A stretch of DNA of 64,000 nt from positions 30,121-94,120 of IMG/VR virus record IMGVR_UViG_3300009703_000007; one strand, 5' to 3'. Below the pieces are notes generated by a model that searched no databases, was not told the DNA's origin, and saw only the letters and a list, made by a program, of their open reading frames with translations. Source of the stretch: a virus. Taxonomy: Duplodnaviria; Heunggongvirae; Uroviricota; Caudoviricetes. Of the stretch, positions 10,023 through 18,393 are shown in pieces; the first letter of the stretch is position 1, and each line of letters begins with the position of its first letter. A program made the position numbers and the translations under genes.

Positions 10023-11816
10023 TTGTATAAGCACATCCAACTGGACGCGGTCGACCCTGTGACGCTGGAGCCTAGAGCTAGTGTCATTGACTCGTCGTAC
10101 CTTGGGTCTGTGAAAACCGCGGCGCCGATACGCGAGTTTATACTCGAGCTGACTCCTCAACCCGGAAAAACTCTTCTACACGTAATCGCTCTAGGGTCGT
10201 ACGAGTACTACGGGCCCAATCGCAATAAAGATGCGTTTGCTGAGCACCACCACGGGCCTGAGGCAGAGCTCAACCTGCCCGCCTGTGCGGTGGACCCTTC
10301 CTACGGGGGCCTGCTAGATCAATTCAAGGGTATGAAGATATACGAAGACCAGAAAGTCTTCGAGACCTTCCGTGACGCTCACGCCTTCCAACACCACAAG
10401 AACAAGGACCCTAACAAGAGGATTGGAGATGTCCTAGAGGCGTTTTACAACCCAGAGATGCACCGAGTCGAGTTGGTCATCAGCCTGGACCACGACAGGT
10501 GTCCTCCCAAATATATCAACCGTATCGACGACGGGTCCATGCTGGCGTTCTCTATGGGCTGTCACATAAAGTTCGATGTGTGTTCGGTTTGTGGGAATAA
10601 AGCACCTACCAGAGCTGACTACTGCAACCACGCCAAGAGGATGCACCAGCCTGGACATGAGTTCGATGAGACAGGTCGACCTGTCTGCGTGTTCAACCCA
10701 AACGCCAGGTTCTTCGATATATCCATAGTGTTCCGCCCTGCCGACCGCATCGGCTACATGCTTAAGAAAATAGCGTCCGAAGACGTGTCCTCAGCGGAAG
10801 CAGGTGAAGACATCCTCAGCTACAACTACAAGCGTGCCCTAGCGGATAAGCTGGGTGACATGGATAAGCGCATTGCAGGACACGTAGAAGGTGTTGAAGA
10901 GCTGCCTGCCCACATGGAAGTAGCACTAAAAGCTATACCTCCTATGCCTGAGCATGACATTGACTTGGATGCTCTTTCCTCACACTCCTTTGCTGACGTA
11001 GTTAAGACGTCTTCCAACCTCGGAGTTATGTTCAGCTCCTCGGAGATCGCTGTCCTTTTAGCCCACAAGTGGCACGGAGGCTTCGAATCCGGGGACGTAA
11101 AGTTAGCGTCTAAGTACGCCGCTACCGCGCTGGCTGCACTACGTGATAGCCCCGATGCTGTGGACGAGATCATAGACTCTGGACTATTCGACGGTAGACA
11201 CCAGCATAAGATAGCCGAGGAACTTTCTGCATTGAAGGAGCTACGAGGGTGTGCTAGAGAGGATTTGCTCAAGCAGGCCTTCCTAGGTGGCCACAAATCA
11301 TTACTGGGCACGGAAGATCTTGGCTGGAGAAAGAATGCCCCTGCTAGTACTGACCGCATCGAAGTTCGCGGCCCCAACGGTGAGATGAAAGTCACAAACC
11401 GAAGCGCTATAACCTCCGCCCAAAATGACCAAAGACTCAAGTCAATGGCGAAAGCGTTGGCGGCAGGTTTACTTGTTGGTGGGTCGTATCGTATGCTAGC
11501 GGGTACTGGAGGCTTAGGAGCGGGAGCTCTTGGTGCGGGAGGGTCTGCGGCGTTGGATTGGGCTGGTAGTAATCGAGTACTGCCGTTCGGTGACCATGAG
11601 AGGTCCAGTGACGGCACTGTCTCCAAAGAGACCTTGTTGTTCAAACAAGGTGAGGAACTTAAAGTGATTAAGACGAGTATGCTGGAGCATATGCACGGTG
11701 GATCAGTGGAATCTGTGGATCTAGACGTGGCCGACGGCAGCTTTAACAAACTTTCTGAAGTTTTGAGCAGTTACGTGTTGAGGGACCTCCTTGACGACGT
11801 TGACAAGATGCGCTAA
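10023..11816 (+). CDS. putative prohead (maturation) serine protease with Zn-finger and long C-terminal extension
   Basis: N-terminal ~250 aa has His (AFQHHKNKD) and Ser (FSMGC) in the spacing of caudoviral prohead proteases, then C-x2-C-x10-C-x-H; lies upstream of scaffold-like and capsid genes. Confidence 0.65.
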   Translation: MYKHIQLDAVDPVTLEPRASVIDSSYLGSVKTAAPIREFILELTPQPGKTLLHVIALGSYEYYGPNRNKDAFAEHHHGPEAELNLPACAVDPSYGGLLDQFKGMKIYEDQKVFETFRDAHAFQHHKNKDPNKRIGDVLEAFYNPEMHRVELVISLDHDRCPPKYINRIDDGSMLAFSMGCHIKFDVCSVCGNKAPTRADYCNHAKRMHQPGHEFDETGRPVCVFNPNARFFDISIVFRPADRIGYMLKKIASEDVSSAEAGEDILSYNYKRALADKLGDMDKRIAGHVEGVEELPAHMEVALKAIPPMPEHDIDLDALSSHSFADVVKTSSNLGVMFSSSEIAVLLAHKWHGGFESGDVKLASKYAATALAALRDSPDAVDEIIDSGLFDGRHQHKIAEELSALKELRGCAREDLLKQAFLGGHKSLLGTEDLGWRKNAPASTDRIEVRGPNGEMKVTNRSAITSAQNDQRLKSMAKALAAGLLVGGSYRMLAGTGGLGAGALGAGGSAALDWAGSNRVLPFGDHERSSDGTVSKETLLFKQGEELKVIKTSMLEHMHGGSVESVDLDVADGSFNKLSEVLSSYVLRDLLDDVDKMR

Positions 11817-11858
11817 CCTATAAAAGACTGTAGATTCCACGCGAGGATTAAAAGTATT

Positions 11859-12536
11859 ATGAGAGGTCTCAAGTTAGAGGATGTACTAACTCAGATCGAT
11901 GATGCAGTAGGTAGCACTAAGCAGGCCGCTGTTAACGACGATGAGTTAAGCACAGAAAAGTTGGCGGAGAAGGAAGAGGAGGATGCTCCTTCTGAGGACG
12001 TTCCCGCAGCCCTGGCTGATGACAAGGACGACAGCGATGAGGACGAGGATGAGGGCGAGGATGAGGACGACGGCGAAAAGGCCGCGTCTGACGCCAGTAT
12101 CCTAGCCGCTATCGAAGCTGCTGTGCAGGAGACGGATAAGACTGCCTCTGTACAGGAAGCCGAGCCAGTTAGCGACTTGATGAAGCTTGCTCAAGACCTT
12201 AACGAACAGCAGTTCGACGGTCTCTTGAAGAAGGCGGACGTTTTGGCGCAGGCGATTGCCGATGGCGTGGTATCTCGGTTGCAGGCCTATGAGAAGGCTG
12301 CGTCCGATTTGCAGACTGAGAAGATGCACGAAGCTTTCAATGCTGCTCCAAGTAACATCAAGGAAGCGGCAGCGCAGGGTTACAACGACGCCCACGCGCA
12401 GATGACTAAGCTGGCAGAGGATCAGTTCGTTAGTGGTTATACCAAGACGGCCCAGCTGCTCACCCACAAAGCTCTGTTCACAAAAGCGGCCAGCATGACT
12501 GATGAGCTGGTAGCTGCTATAAAGAACCAGGAGTAA
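11859..12536 (+). CDS. scaffold-like acidic helical head protein
   Basis: 225 aa, acidic tract DDKDDSDEDEDEGEDEDD; 11 of 18 lysines are in K-x-A. Confidence 0.6.
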   Translation: MRGLKLEDVLTQIDDAVGSTKQAAVNDDELSTEKLAEKEEEDAPSEDVPAALADDKDDSDEDEDEGEDEDDGEKAASDASILAAIEAAVQETDKTASVQEAEPVSDLMKLAQDLNEQQFDGLLKKADVLAQAIADGVVSRLQAYEKAASDLQTEKMHEAFNAAPSNIKEAAAQGYNDAHAQMTKLAEDQFVSGYTKTAQLLTHKALFTKAASMTDELVAAIKNQE

Positions 12537-12539
12537 ACC

Positions 12540-13070
12540 GTGTCTTCGGCAACCTATCAGCAGCTGCTGGATGAGGTATTGCCATCCGCAGCGTTGGCAG
12601 TCGAGCGTAGCTTTAAGCTAGCGAGCAAAGCCGACGTTGCTAAGGACGTGTTTACTGCTCCGGGAAAGATGACCAGGTTCTTCGATATGTTTACTGGGAA
12701 CACGTCGAAGGAACTGGTCGACCAGCTTAACCATATGCACAAAGCAAAAGGCGAAGCTGTTGGAGCTTTAGGTAAAGCGCAAGACACCATACAAGATCTA
12801 CGCCGAGGCTCACAGCGCAGAGCTACCACCGACTGGCTGAACACCACAGGAGGCAAAGCTCTTGCGGGCATGGGTGCAACGGGTGCCATAGCTGCGCCAG
12901 TAGCTTACGGCGTTGGCCACTTACAAGGAGCCAAGAACAAGAAGCGTGACCGTAACATGGCCTTCGGCTCTGGAATGGCTACGGGACTTGCTGCTCCAGG
13001 GATGGTCAACGCGGGTATGTCCCGACTTCAGCAGGCACACGCCGGCGGGATGCAACCTGCGGGGTACTAG
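12540..13070 (+). CDS. putative internal head/ejection protein
   Basis: 176 aa; FKLAS; Gly-rich hydrophobic helices GMGATGAIAAPVAYGVG and GSGMATGLAAPG. Confidence 0.55.
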   Translation: MSSATYQQLLDEVLPSAALAVERSFKLASKADVAKDVFTAPGKMTRFFDMFTGNTSKELVDQLNHMHKAKGEAVGALGKAQDTIQDLRRGSQRRATTDWLNTTGGKALAGMGATGAIAAPVAYGVGHLQGAKNKKRDRNMAFGSGMATGLAAPGMVNAGMSRLQQAHAGGMQPAGY

Positions 13071-13072
13071 TA

Positions 13073-13264
13073 ATGAGTCTTTTTGCTAAGTTAGGCGAAG
13101 TTCGCAGAGAGCATCTCCCGGGCACAGTCAAGGAATCGGCCGCGCAAGAGCCCCCTGAGGCAGGCCACACAGTCTCTAGGGCACTCTTCAAGATGGCCCA
13201 GAGTTTGCGAGCTGTACAGCCCTGCCCTAGAATTACCTATGAAGACCTTGAGCTGATAAAGTAA
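13073..13264 (+). CDS. small hypothetical head-region protein
   Basis: 63 aa; stop overlaps the next ATG (TAATG). Confidence 0.5.
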   Translation: MSLFAKLGEVRREHLPGTVKESAAQEPPEAGHTVSRALFKMAQSLRAVQPCPRITYEDLELIK

Positions 13265-13389
13265 TGGGAATTAATGAACAATTGGCTAAGTTAGCCGCGG
13301 CGCTAAGGCGTCTCGGCGAAGCTAAGCGCAAGAACGGGGCCACTAAGGTTGTTTTTGCCGCTAAAGCGCTATCTCACTTGAGAAGGTAA
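13264..13389 (+). CDS. 41-aa basic protein (below the ORF-track cutoff)
   Basis: Manual translation MGINEQLAKLAAALRRLGEAKRKNGATKVVFAAKALSHLRR*; TAATG coupling; fills the gap to 13394. Confidence 0.55.
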   Translation: MGINEQLAKLAAALRRLGEAKRKNGATKVVFAAKALSHLRR

Positions 13390-13393
13390 GATC

Positions 13394-13789
13394 ATGCAGA
13401 AGTTAGCAAACGCAATCGAAGAAATTGGCCGGTACGTGGAAGCCTTAGAGAAGCAGGCGCAAAAAGCGGCTGCACCTCCATACAAGCCTTCTGTAGTAGA
13501 ACCCGCAATCGACAGCAATCCGCAGCGTGACTACGGTGAGCTACTCCCAAAGCTGGCCGCCAGGCTGGACAAAGAGGAAGATGCGGTGAAGGCGGAACTG
13601 GATAAACTCGACGGTTCTGTTTTAGGTGAGCTTGCAAAGCTTGCCGACGATGATGGAAGTGCTTCTAGTGTTTCACTTGGCAGTGCTTCCGATTATGTAG
13701 ACCATTCCACCAAGTCGCGACGTAAGGAAGCCAATACGTCACGAGGAGCGTGGGATAACTTCACCAAGTATCTTTTGGATAAACCCTAA
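13394..13789 (+). CDS. putative scaffold/head assembly protein
   Basis: 131-aa helical protein just upstream of the decoration and capsid genes; QKLAN, QKAAA, PKLAA, AKLAD. Confidence 0.55.
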   Translation: MQKLANAIEEIGRYVEALEKQAQKAAAPPYKPSVVEPAIDSNPQRDYGELLPKLAARLDKEEDAVKAELDKLDGSVLGELAKLADDDGSASSVSLGSASDYVDHSTKSRRKEANTSRGAWDNFTKYLLDKP

Positions 13790-13805
13790 GAGGAGTTAAC
13801 TAACC

Positions 13806-14327
13806 ATGGCATTTAATGTAGACCGCGGTTGGCCTGATAGTCGAGGTTCTGCTATTGACGAGACGTACGTCCCGGCAGCAGGTCAGAACTTAGAGGAAGG
13901 CCACATCGTAACACTGGGCGGAGCAGTTGGAGCACCAACTATTTCTCTGGTGACATTGGTCGACCTGACGCCTGCGTCCAACTCTGCTGCAGATATTGCG
14001 GATGCGCTTACGCTAGTAGACGCCACCCCGTGTTTTGTAGTTGTTGAAGGTAACGTAGCTGCAACAGGTAACCTTTCAGGAAGCTGGCTAGGTAAGGCTG
14101 TATGTCTTATCGGTGGCGGAATGAAGTTCACCGTGCCCACAGCTAAGTATGACCTAAACGGTGGCGCTGCCGCTACCGTGTTCGCTCCAGGATCTGCCGT
14201 AACGGTAGCTGCTGGACTCATCTCTGCACGGAACGCTGGTACAGCGGACCGGTCCAACTTCCAGCTATTCGGTTGGGTCGAGGACTACAACGCAGCAACC
14301 GGTGCCCTTACGGTCATCCGTAAGTAA
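13806..14327 (+). CDS. capsid decoration/cement-like protein
   Basis: 173-aa Gly/Ala/Val-rich beta protein with strong AGGAG RBS directly before the major capsid gene, the usual position for this protein. Confidence 0.6.
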   Translation: MAFNVDRGWPDSRGSAIDETYVPAAGQNLEEGHIVTLGGAVGAPTISLVTLVDLTPASNSAADIADALTLVDATPCFVVVEGNVAATGNLSGSWLGKAVCLIGGGMKFTVPTAKYDLNGGAAATVFAPGSAVTVAAGLISARNAGTADRSNFQLFGWVEDYNAATGALTVIRK

Positions 14328-14337
14328 GGAGTAGACA

Positions 14338-15255
14338 ATGAAGACCGAACTTTACAACGTCGACTCACAGGCCATCAACCGTGCGTTCGTACAGAAGATT
14401 GAGTCTGGACGAGTCAAGGAGGCGGCTGATGAGTTCAGCCTCTTCGTCCGCGCGAAGATGCGAGAAGAGGAGATCGTTCAGTCGATCCTCTCACCGATGC
14501 TCGTCACTGAGGATCAGCTCGATCGGGACGTAAACACGGATGAGCCCAAGGTCATCGTCGAGAAGGAAATCGACTCGGTAGCGACCTACGTACCCTTCAA
14601 GGGTTCCGGGCGTAACCGATGGTACACGGGCGACCGCTTCGAAGTGTTCTTCGGAAAGGTCGAGTCGGAGCGATTCAGCAAGTCTAAGTTCCAGCTTATG
14701 ACTTACCGCCACGACATCCGTAAGCTCCTGGCTGACAACAGCGTGTTTGATATTGGCGATCAGGTCGACACTAAGTTCTTCGGACTTTGTGGCGATATCA
14801 TGACCGCTAACCCGACGCAGGATCTTAGCCCCACCGGTGGATTCACACCTACAAACATCAAGTTGATGATGCAGAACATGCTCAATCGCAAGATTCCGAT
14901 GGGATGCTTCGTGATGACCAAGTCACTCTACGCGGAGACGCTAGACTGGCCGGCCACCACGATCTCTGACGAGATTGCGAAGGAGAAGTTCCGCAACGGT
15001 ATCGACGACAGCCTTTCGCTGTTCGGCGTACCTGTGAAGACTACGATCAAGAACGATATCGTTCCTACAAACGAAGCCTGGCTATTCGGCCCAGCGGGAC
15101 AGGGCGATTCTCGTAACTACCTTGGTCACTACTTCTACCTGCAGGAGCCCACGCTCTTCATCAAGCAGGAAGCGGACATCATCACGTTCTGGACGTACAG
15201 CGCGCCCGGTATCGGACTTTCGGGTACGAGTGCCGTAACGCGAGCCACGTTCTAA
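14338..15255 (+). CDS. major capsid protein (HK97-like fold)
   Basis: 305 aa, AAGGAG RBS, strongly biased C/G-ending codons suggesting high expression; position between scaffold/decoration and neck genes. Confidence 0.72.
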   Translation: MKTELYNVDSQAINRAFVQKIESGRVKEAADEFSLFVRAKMREEEIVQSILSPMLVTEDQLDRDVNTDEPKVIVEKEIDSVATYVPFKGSGRNRWYTGDRFEVFFGKVESERFSKSKFQLMTYRHDIRKLLADNSVFDIGDQVDTKFFGLCGDIMTANPTQDLSPTGGFTPTNIKLMMQNMLNRKIPMGCFVMTKSLYAETLDWPATTISDEIAKEKFRNGIDDSLSLFGVPVKTTIKNDIVPTNEAWLFGPAGQGDSRNYLGHYFYLQEPTLFIKQEADIITFWTYSAPGIGLSGTSAVTRATF

Positions 15256-15274
15256 TCAATACTGGTTGTGAGGG

Positions 15275-15775
15275 TTGGGCGGTACCCATCTCTCACAAAT
15301 CGTGCGAATGACTAAACGGTATATAGTTACAAAGGCTACAGAGCTCCTCGGCATCCAGCATAACGCGGGTGCTAGCCGATCTCTTAGCTCTAAGCAACTT
15401 AGCCATCCGCAGGTTTCTGAGGCGCTTCGTAGAGGCATCATAGAGGAAGAGGTTCTAGAAAAGCCTGCTCCTCCAGTTCAGCCACCTGCAGAAGCTGTCG
15501 AGCCCACACCTGCACCGGAACCGGAGCCAGAACCCGAGTCGGAACCTGAGCCAGCACCCGCTGAACCAGAACCCGAGTCGGAGCCAGAACCCGAACCCGA
15601 ACCCGAACCCGAACCTGAGTCAGAAGTTGAAGCCCCCGTTGCAGCGGAGGCAGTCCCTACAGAGGACGATCTGATGGCGATGGAAATCGCAGACCTAAAA
15701 AGTTTAGCTACAGGTCTGGGAATAAAGGGTTCACGCAGATCAACGCTTGTCAAGCGCATCCTAGCGCACGCATAA
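15275..15775 (+). CDS. PE-repeat linker protein with C-terminal HeH/Rho-N-like domain
   Basis: (PE)n tract, then EDDLMAMEIADLKSLATGLGIKGSRRSTLVKRILAH; real start may be the ATG at 15307. Confidence 0.6.
   Translation: MGGTHLSQIVRMTKRYIVTKATELLGIQHNAGASRSLSSKQLSHPQVSEALRRGIIEEEVLEKPAPPVQPPAEAVEPTPAPEPEPEPESEPEPAPAEPEPESEPEPEPEPEPEPESEVEAPVAAEAVPTEDDLMAMEIADLKSLATGLGIKGSRRSTLVKRILAHA
15506..15622 (+). repeat. coding Pro-Glu microsatellite, including (GAACCC)4 at 15587-15610
   Basis: Direct reading; encodes PEPEPEPES...PEPEPEPEPEPES. Confidence 0.9.
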
Positions 15776-15791
15776 CTAAGGGAGAAAAGAA

Positions 15792-16283
15792 ATGCCAAAT
15801 CTACCCCACGAGTTGCCTGAGGGAATCCAGTTTGGTTACCAGGGCGCTACAGCTGGGTTAAACCACGACGCTACCCGCGGAGTGTACGCTTTTGATGTGC
15901 CTAACGGCACGGTGTACCTGGGTGAAGCAGTCTCGGCTAGTCGCAGTGTAGCGCTAGTTGCGGGTGCTGAAGCCGCTAACGTCATTCCAGTAGTTGCGAC
16001 AGTCCAGGCCCCTGGGTCCACTGTTACCGTAGCTGCCGTACAGAGATTGCTGTGCGAACTGGTGGATGATAGTGGTGCAACAGCAGCAGTAGCTGTGTTC
16101 AACGCGTCTGCAGGAGGAACTGATGTTTCTACGGTAGGCGGAGCACGGCTGATCGTCGATACCGCAGCAGCGGGTACTATCACACTCAACGTCCTAGACG
16201 TTGGTGTCGAAACAGTGCACTTGCTGGTTAGACCGCTCAACGCTGCGGGAGAACAGGCCCACGCTGCATTAGCCTTCGCGTAA
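15792..16283 (+). CDS. hypothetical virion protein (Ig-like/beta-rich)
   Basis: 163 aa, AAGGGAG RBS, last gene before a terminator hairpin. Confidence 0.6.
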   Translation: MPNLPHELPEGIQFGYQGATAGLNHDATRGVYAFDVPNGTVYLGEAVSASRSVALVAGAEAANVIPVVATVQAPGSTVTVAAVQRLLCELVDDSGATAAVAVFNASAGGTDVSTVGGARLIVDTAAAGTITLNVLDVGVETVHLLVRPLNAAGEQAHAALAFA

Positions 16284-16311
16284 GCCTAACTAGAAACAGG
16301 TTATCAAGTCA

Positions 16312-16354
16312 ACAGAGGATGGCAGCTTCAGGGTTGCTGTCCTTCTGTACTTTT
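16312..16354 (+). terminator. terminator-like hairpin ending the capsid operon
   Basis: ACAGAGGATGGCAGC-TTCAGG-GTTGCTGTCCTTCTGT (G-U pairs, one bulge), then ACTTTT. Confidence 0.55.
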
Positions 16355-16379
16355 GACTTAATATTGTCTAGGAGATGTT

Positions 16380-16862
16380 ATGGCTACTGCGATTACTGAA
16401 GCTGAAGTAAGACTGTTTCTGAGAGACTACGCCAACGCAGCAGCCTCCGGCCTGACCTACGTATTCAACGAACTTCTTGACCATGTAGCGTTTACTACGG
16501 CTGAGATAACCCTGGCCATGGACCTTGCTGTTGCTAGGTTCAACGCAACAGGACACTCCACGGCCTATACGTCTTCAACTTTCCCCAACCGGTTCGTCCT
16601 GATGATAGGGACTTGCTCCAACCTGATGTTCAGTGACGCTGTTCTTCAGGCGCGTAACCAACTGGACTACAACGATGGTGGGGAACACCACGGTTACTCT
16701 GACAAGTATCAGGCCTATTTGCACATAAAGGATGCCCTTAACGCACAGTGGACTGAGATAGTACCTATGTACAAGGCATCGTTGAACCTGGAAAGTGGCT
16801 ACGGTTCCCTGCCGAGTGCCTACGCTGGATTCGGATACCCATCACTGGTGGCTAACCTGTAA
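16380..16862 (+). CDS. putative head-tail adaptor
   Basis: 160-aa helical protein, AGGAG RBS, first gene between the capsid and tail blocks; assignment is positional. Confidence 0.5.
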   Translation: MATAITEAEVRLFLRDYANAAASGLTYVFNELLDHVAFTTAEITLAMDLAVARFNATGHSTAYTSSTFPNRFVLMIGTCSNLMFSDAVLQARNQLDYNDGGEHHGYSDKYQAYLHIKDALNAQWTEIVPMYKASLNLESGYGSLPSAYAGFGYPSLVANL

Positions 16863-17642
16863 ATGGCCTTTGCTATAAGCATAATAAAGGTAGCTCCTAT
16901 TTACGCTTCTGGCGTCGTGGTGCAGTGGTCTGTAGTAGACCCCCCTGACGCAGGGTCCTACACGTATGACCTAGAGCGCTCAGGGTCCCCTCAGGGACCT
17001 TGGACTGCTGTAATCACCCTGACAGACGCGTACATCCACACGGACACAGGAGCGAGCCTCCACGGGCTTACTAGAGACGTATACTACAGGGTTACTGTTA
17101 ACCCCCCTGTAGCTGCCTCCTTGACCTCGGCCGTACACAACATACAAGGGGAGCTTCCGTTGGCTACGGTGGGCAGACACTTCCTGCGTGCCCGTAAGAT
17201 GCGGTCCGACCTGCTCCGCACATTCCAGAAGTTTTCTGGTAAAGAATACTACATTCTAAAGCGCAAGCACTGGGGTGCTAGGTGCACCACATGCTGGGAC
17301 ACGCTTACCAAGACGGTTGTAGACGAAGCGTGCACTGTCTGTTTTGGAGTAGGCTTTCTGAACGGGTATTACGATCCGTATCGAATATGGGGTAGAATAG
17401 GCAACACTACGATATCCGCCCCCTTGATGATTGAGGGCAAAGCCGACCAACGCATGCTGAAATTTACATGCTTGGACGTTCCCTTCTTGATGCCCGACGA
17501 CGTGATTGTAGGCGTGCTTGACGATCGTAGGTACATAGTGCACACACAAGTGCCCACAGAGATGCGCCAAGTAACGGTTCACCAGGACGTGTCCATAGCA
17601 GAGCTGCCTCGAGATAACCCTGTGTACGCGGTGTCAGTCTAA
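16863..17642 (+). CDS. putative head closure/neck protein with FN3-like N-terminus and Zn ribbon
   Basis: 259 aa; CTTC-x12-CTVC; positional. Confidence 0.5.
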   Translation: MAFAISIIKVAPIYASGVVVQWSVVDPPDAGSYTYDLERSGSPQGPWTAVITLTDAYIHTDTGASLHGLTRDVYYRVTVNPPVAASLTSAVHNIQGELPLATVGRHFLRARKMRSDLLRTFQKFSGKEYYILKRKHWGARCTTCWDTLTKTVVDEACTVCFGVGFLNGYYDPYRIWGRIGNTTISAPLMIEGKADQRMLKFTCLDVPFLMPDDVIVGVLDDRRYIVHTQVPTEMRQVTVHQDVSIAELPRDNPVYAVSV

Positions 17643-18322
17643 TGCCTCTTATAACCAAGAAGACGTTTAACGAAGAACCCAACAACACCCCCACACAGCT
17701 TCCTCGAATAGCCGTACGAAGCAACCTTTCCCTTTTGGGAGCGTTCCTTCACATTGTTCGAGAGCGGTTTTCTACAGACGCAGACGCCAACTTTCCATGG
17801 TCCTGGGTGGAGGAGCCTGCTAAGTCTGGGGTGACTATTGAGCTGGCCTACAGTGAGGACTCGGAACAGCGCTCCATACTGCCGGGCATCTTGATAGGAA
17901 AAGCGCCTACGCACTGGTCTCCTGTCACAATTGGTGATCGAGCAGGTGCCAACATGCCCCGAGCGGAAGAGACCAAAATCATGCATGGCGCTACGACCAT
18001 AGTCGCCAACGTAATTTCGAGGAACGCTGGAGAGTGTTTTGTCCTCGGTGACATCGTTTCCCACGCCTTCCTCAACGCGTCGGACTATCTAAGATCCGGA
18101 CATAACTTAAGAGACGTATTCAACGTTGTTGAAGGCACCATAACACCGTACCCTAAAGAGAAGACCTGGTGGCAACTCCCTGTGAGTGTCACCATTGAAT
18201 TTACAGAGCGGTGGACCCAACAGGAAAACCCGACACTACTAACTGGAATCAATGTCCTTTTACCCACGGGTGTTGCAGATCCGGAGTACTATACGCAATT
18301 AGCACTCAGGTCGTTGACCTAG
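17642..18322 (+). CDS. putative tail terminator/completion protein
   Basis: 226 aa, TAATG coupling, immediately before the sheath gene. Confidence 0.5.
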   Translation: MPLITKKTFNEEPNNTPTQLPRIAVRSNLSLLGAFLHIVRERFSTDADANFPWSWVEEPAKSGVTIELAYSEDSEQRSILPGILIGKAPTHWSPVTIGDRAGANMPRAEETKIMHGATTIVANVISRNAGECFVLGDIVSHAFLNASDYLRSGHNLRDVFNVVEGTITPYPKEKTWWQLPVSVTIEFTERWTQQENPTLLTGINVLLPTGVADPEYYTQLALRSLT

Positions 18323-18393
18323 GTTAATTGTTGAATTTATCGTTGGATACTACTATTTAGGTAGTGTCTTACGTAACACGGTAGGAGAATAGT

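Noticed and set aside
10826-11749. 307-aa minus-strand ORF (and similar 53992-54807 on +)
   Set aside because: Antisense to well-supported genes; Ser/Ala-rich shadow translation.
15478-15798. Minus-strand ORF with GSGSGS repeats
   Set aside because: Reverse complement of the PE microsatellite.
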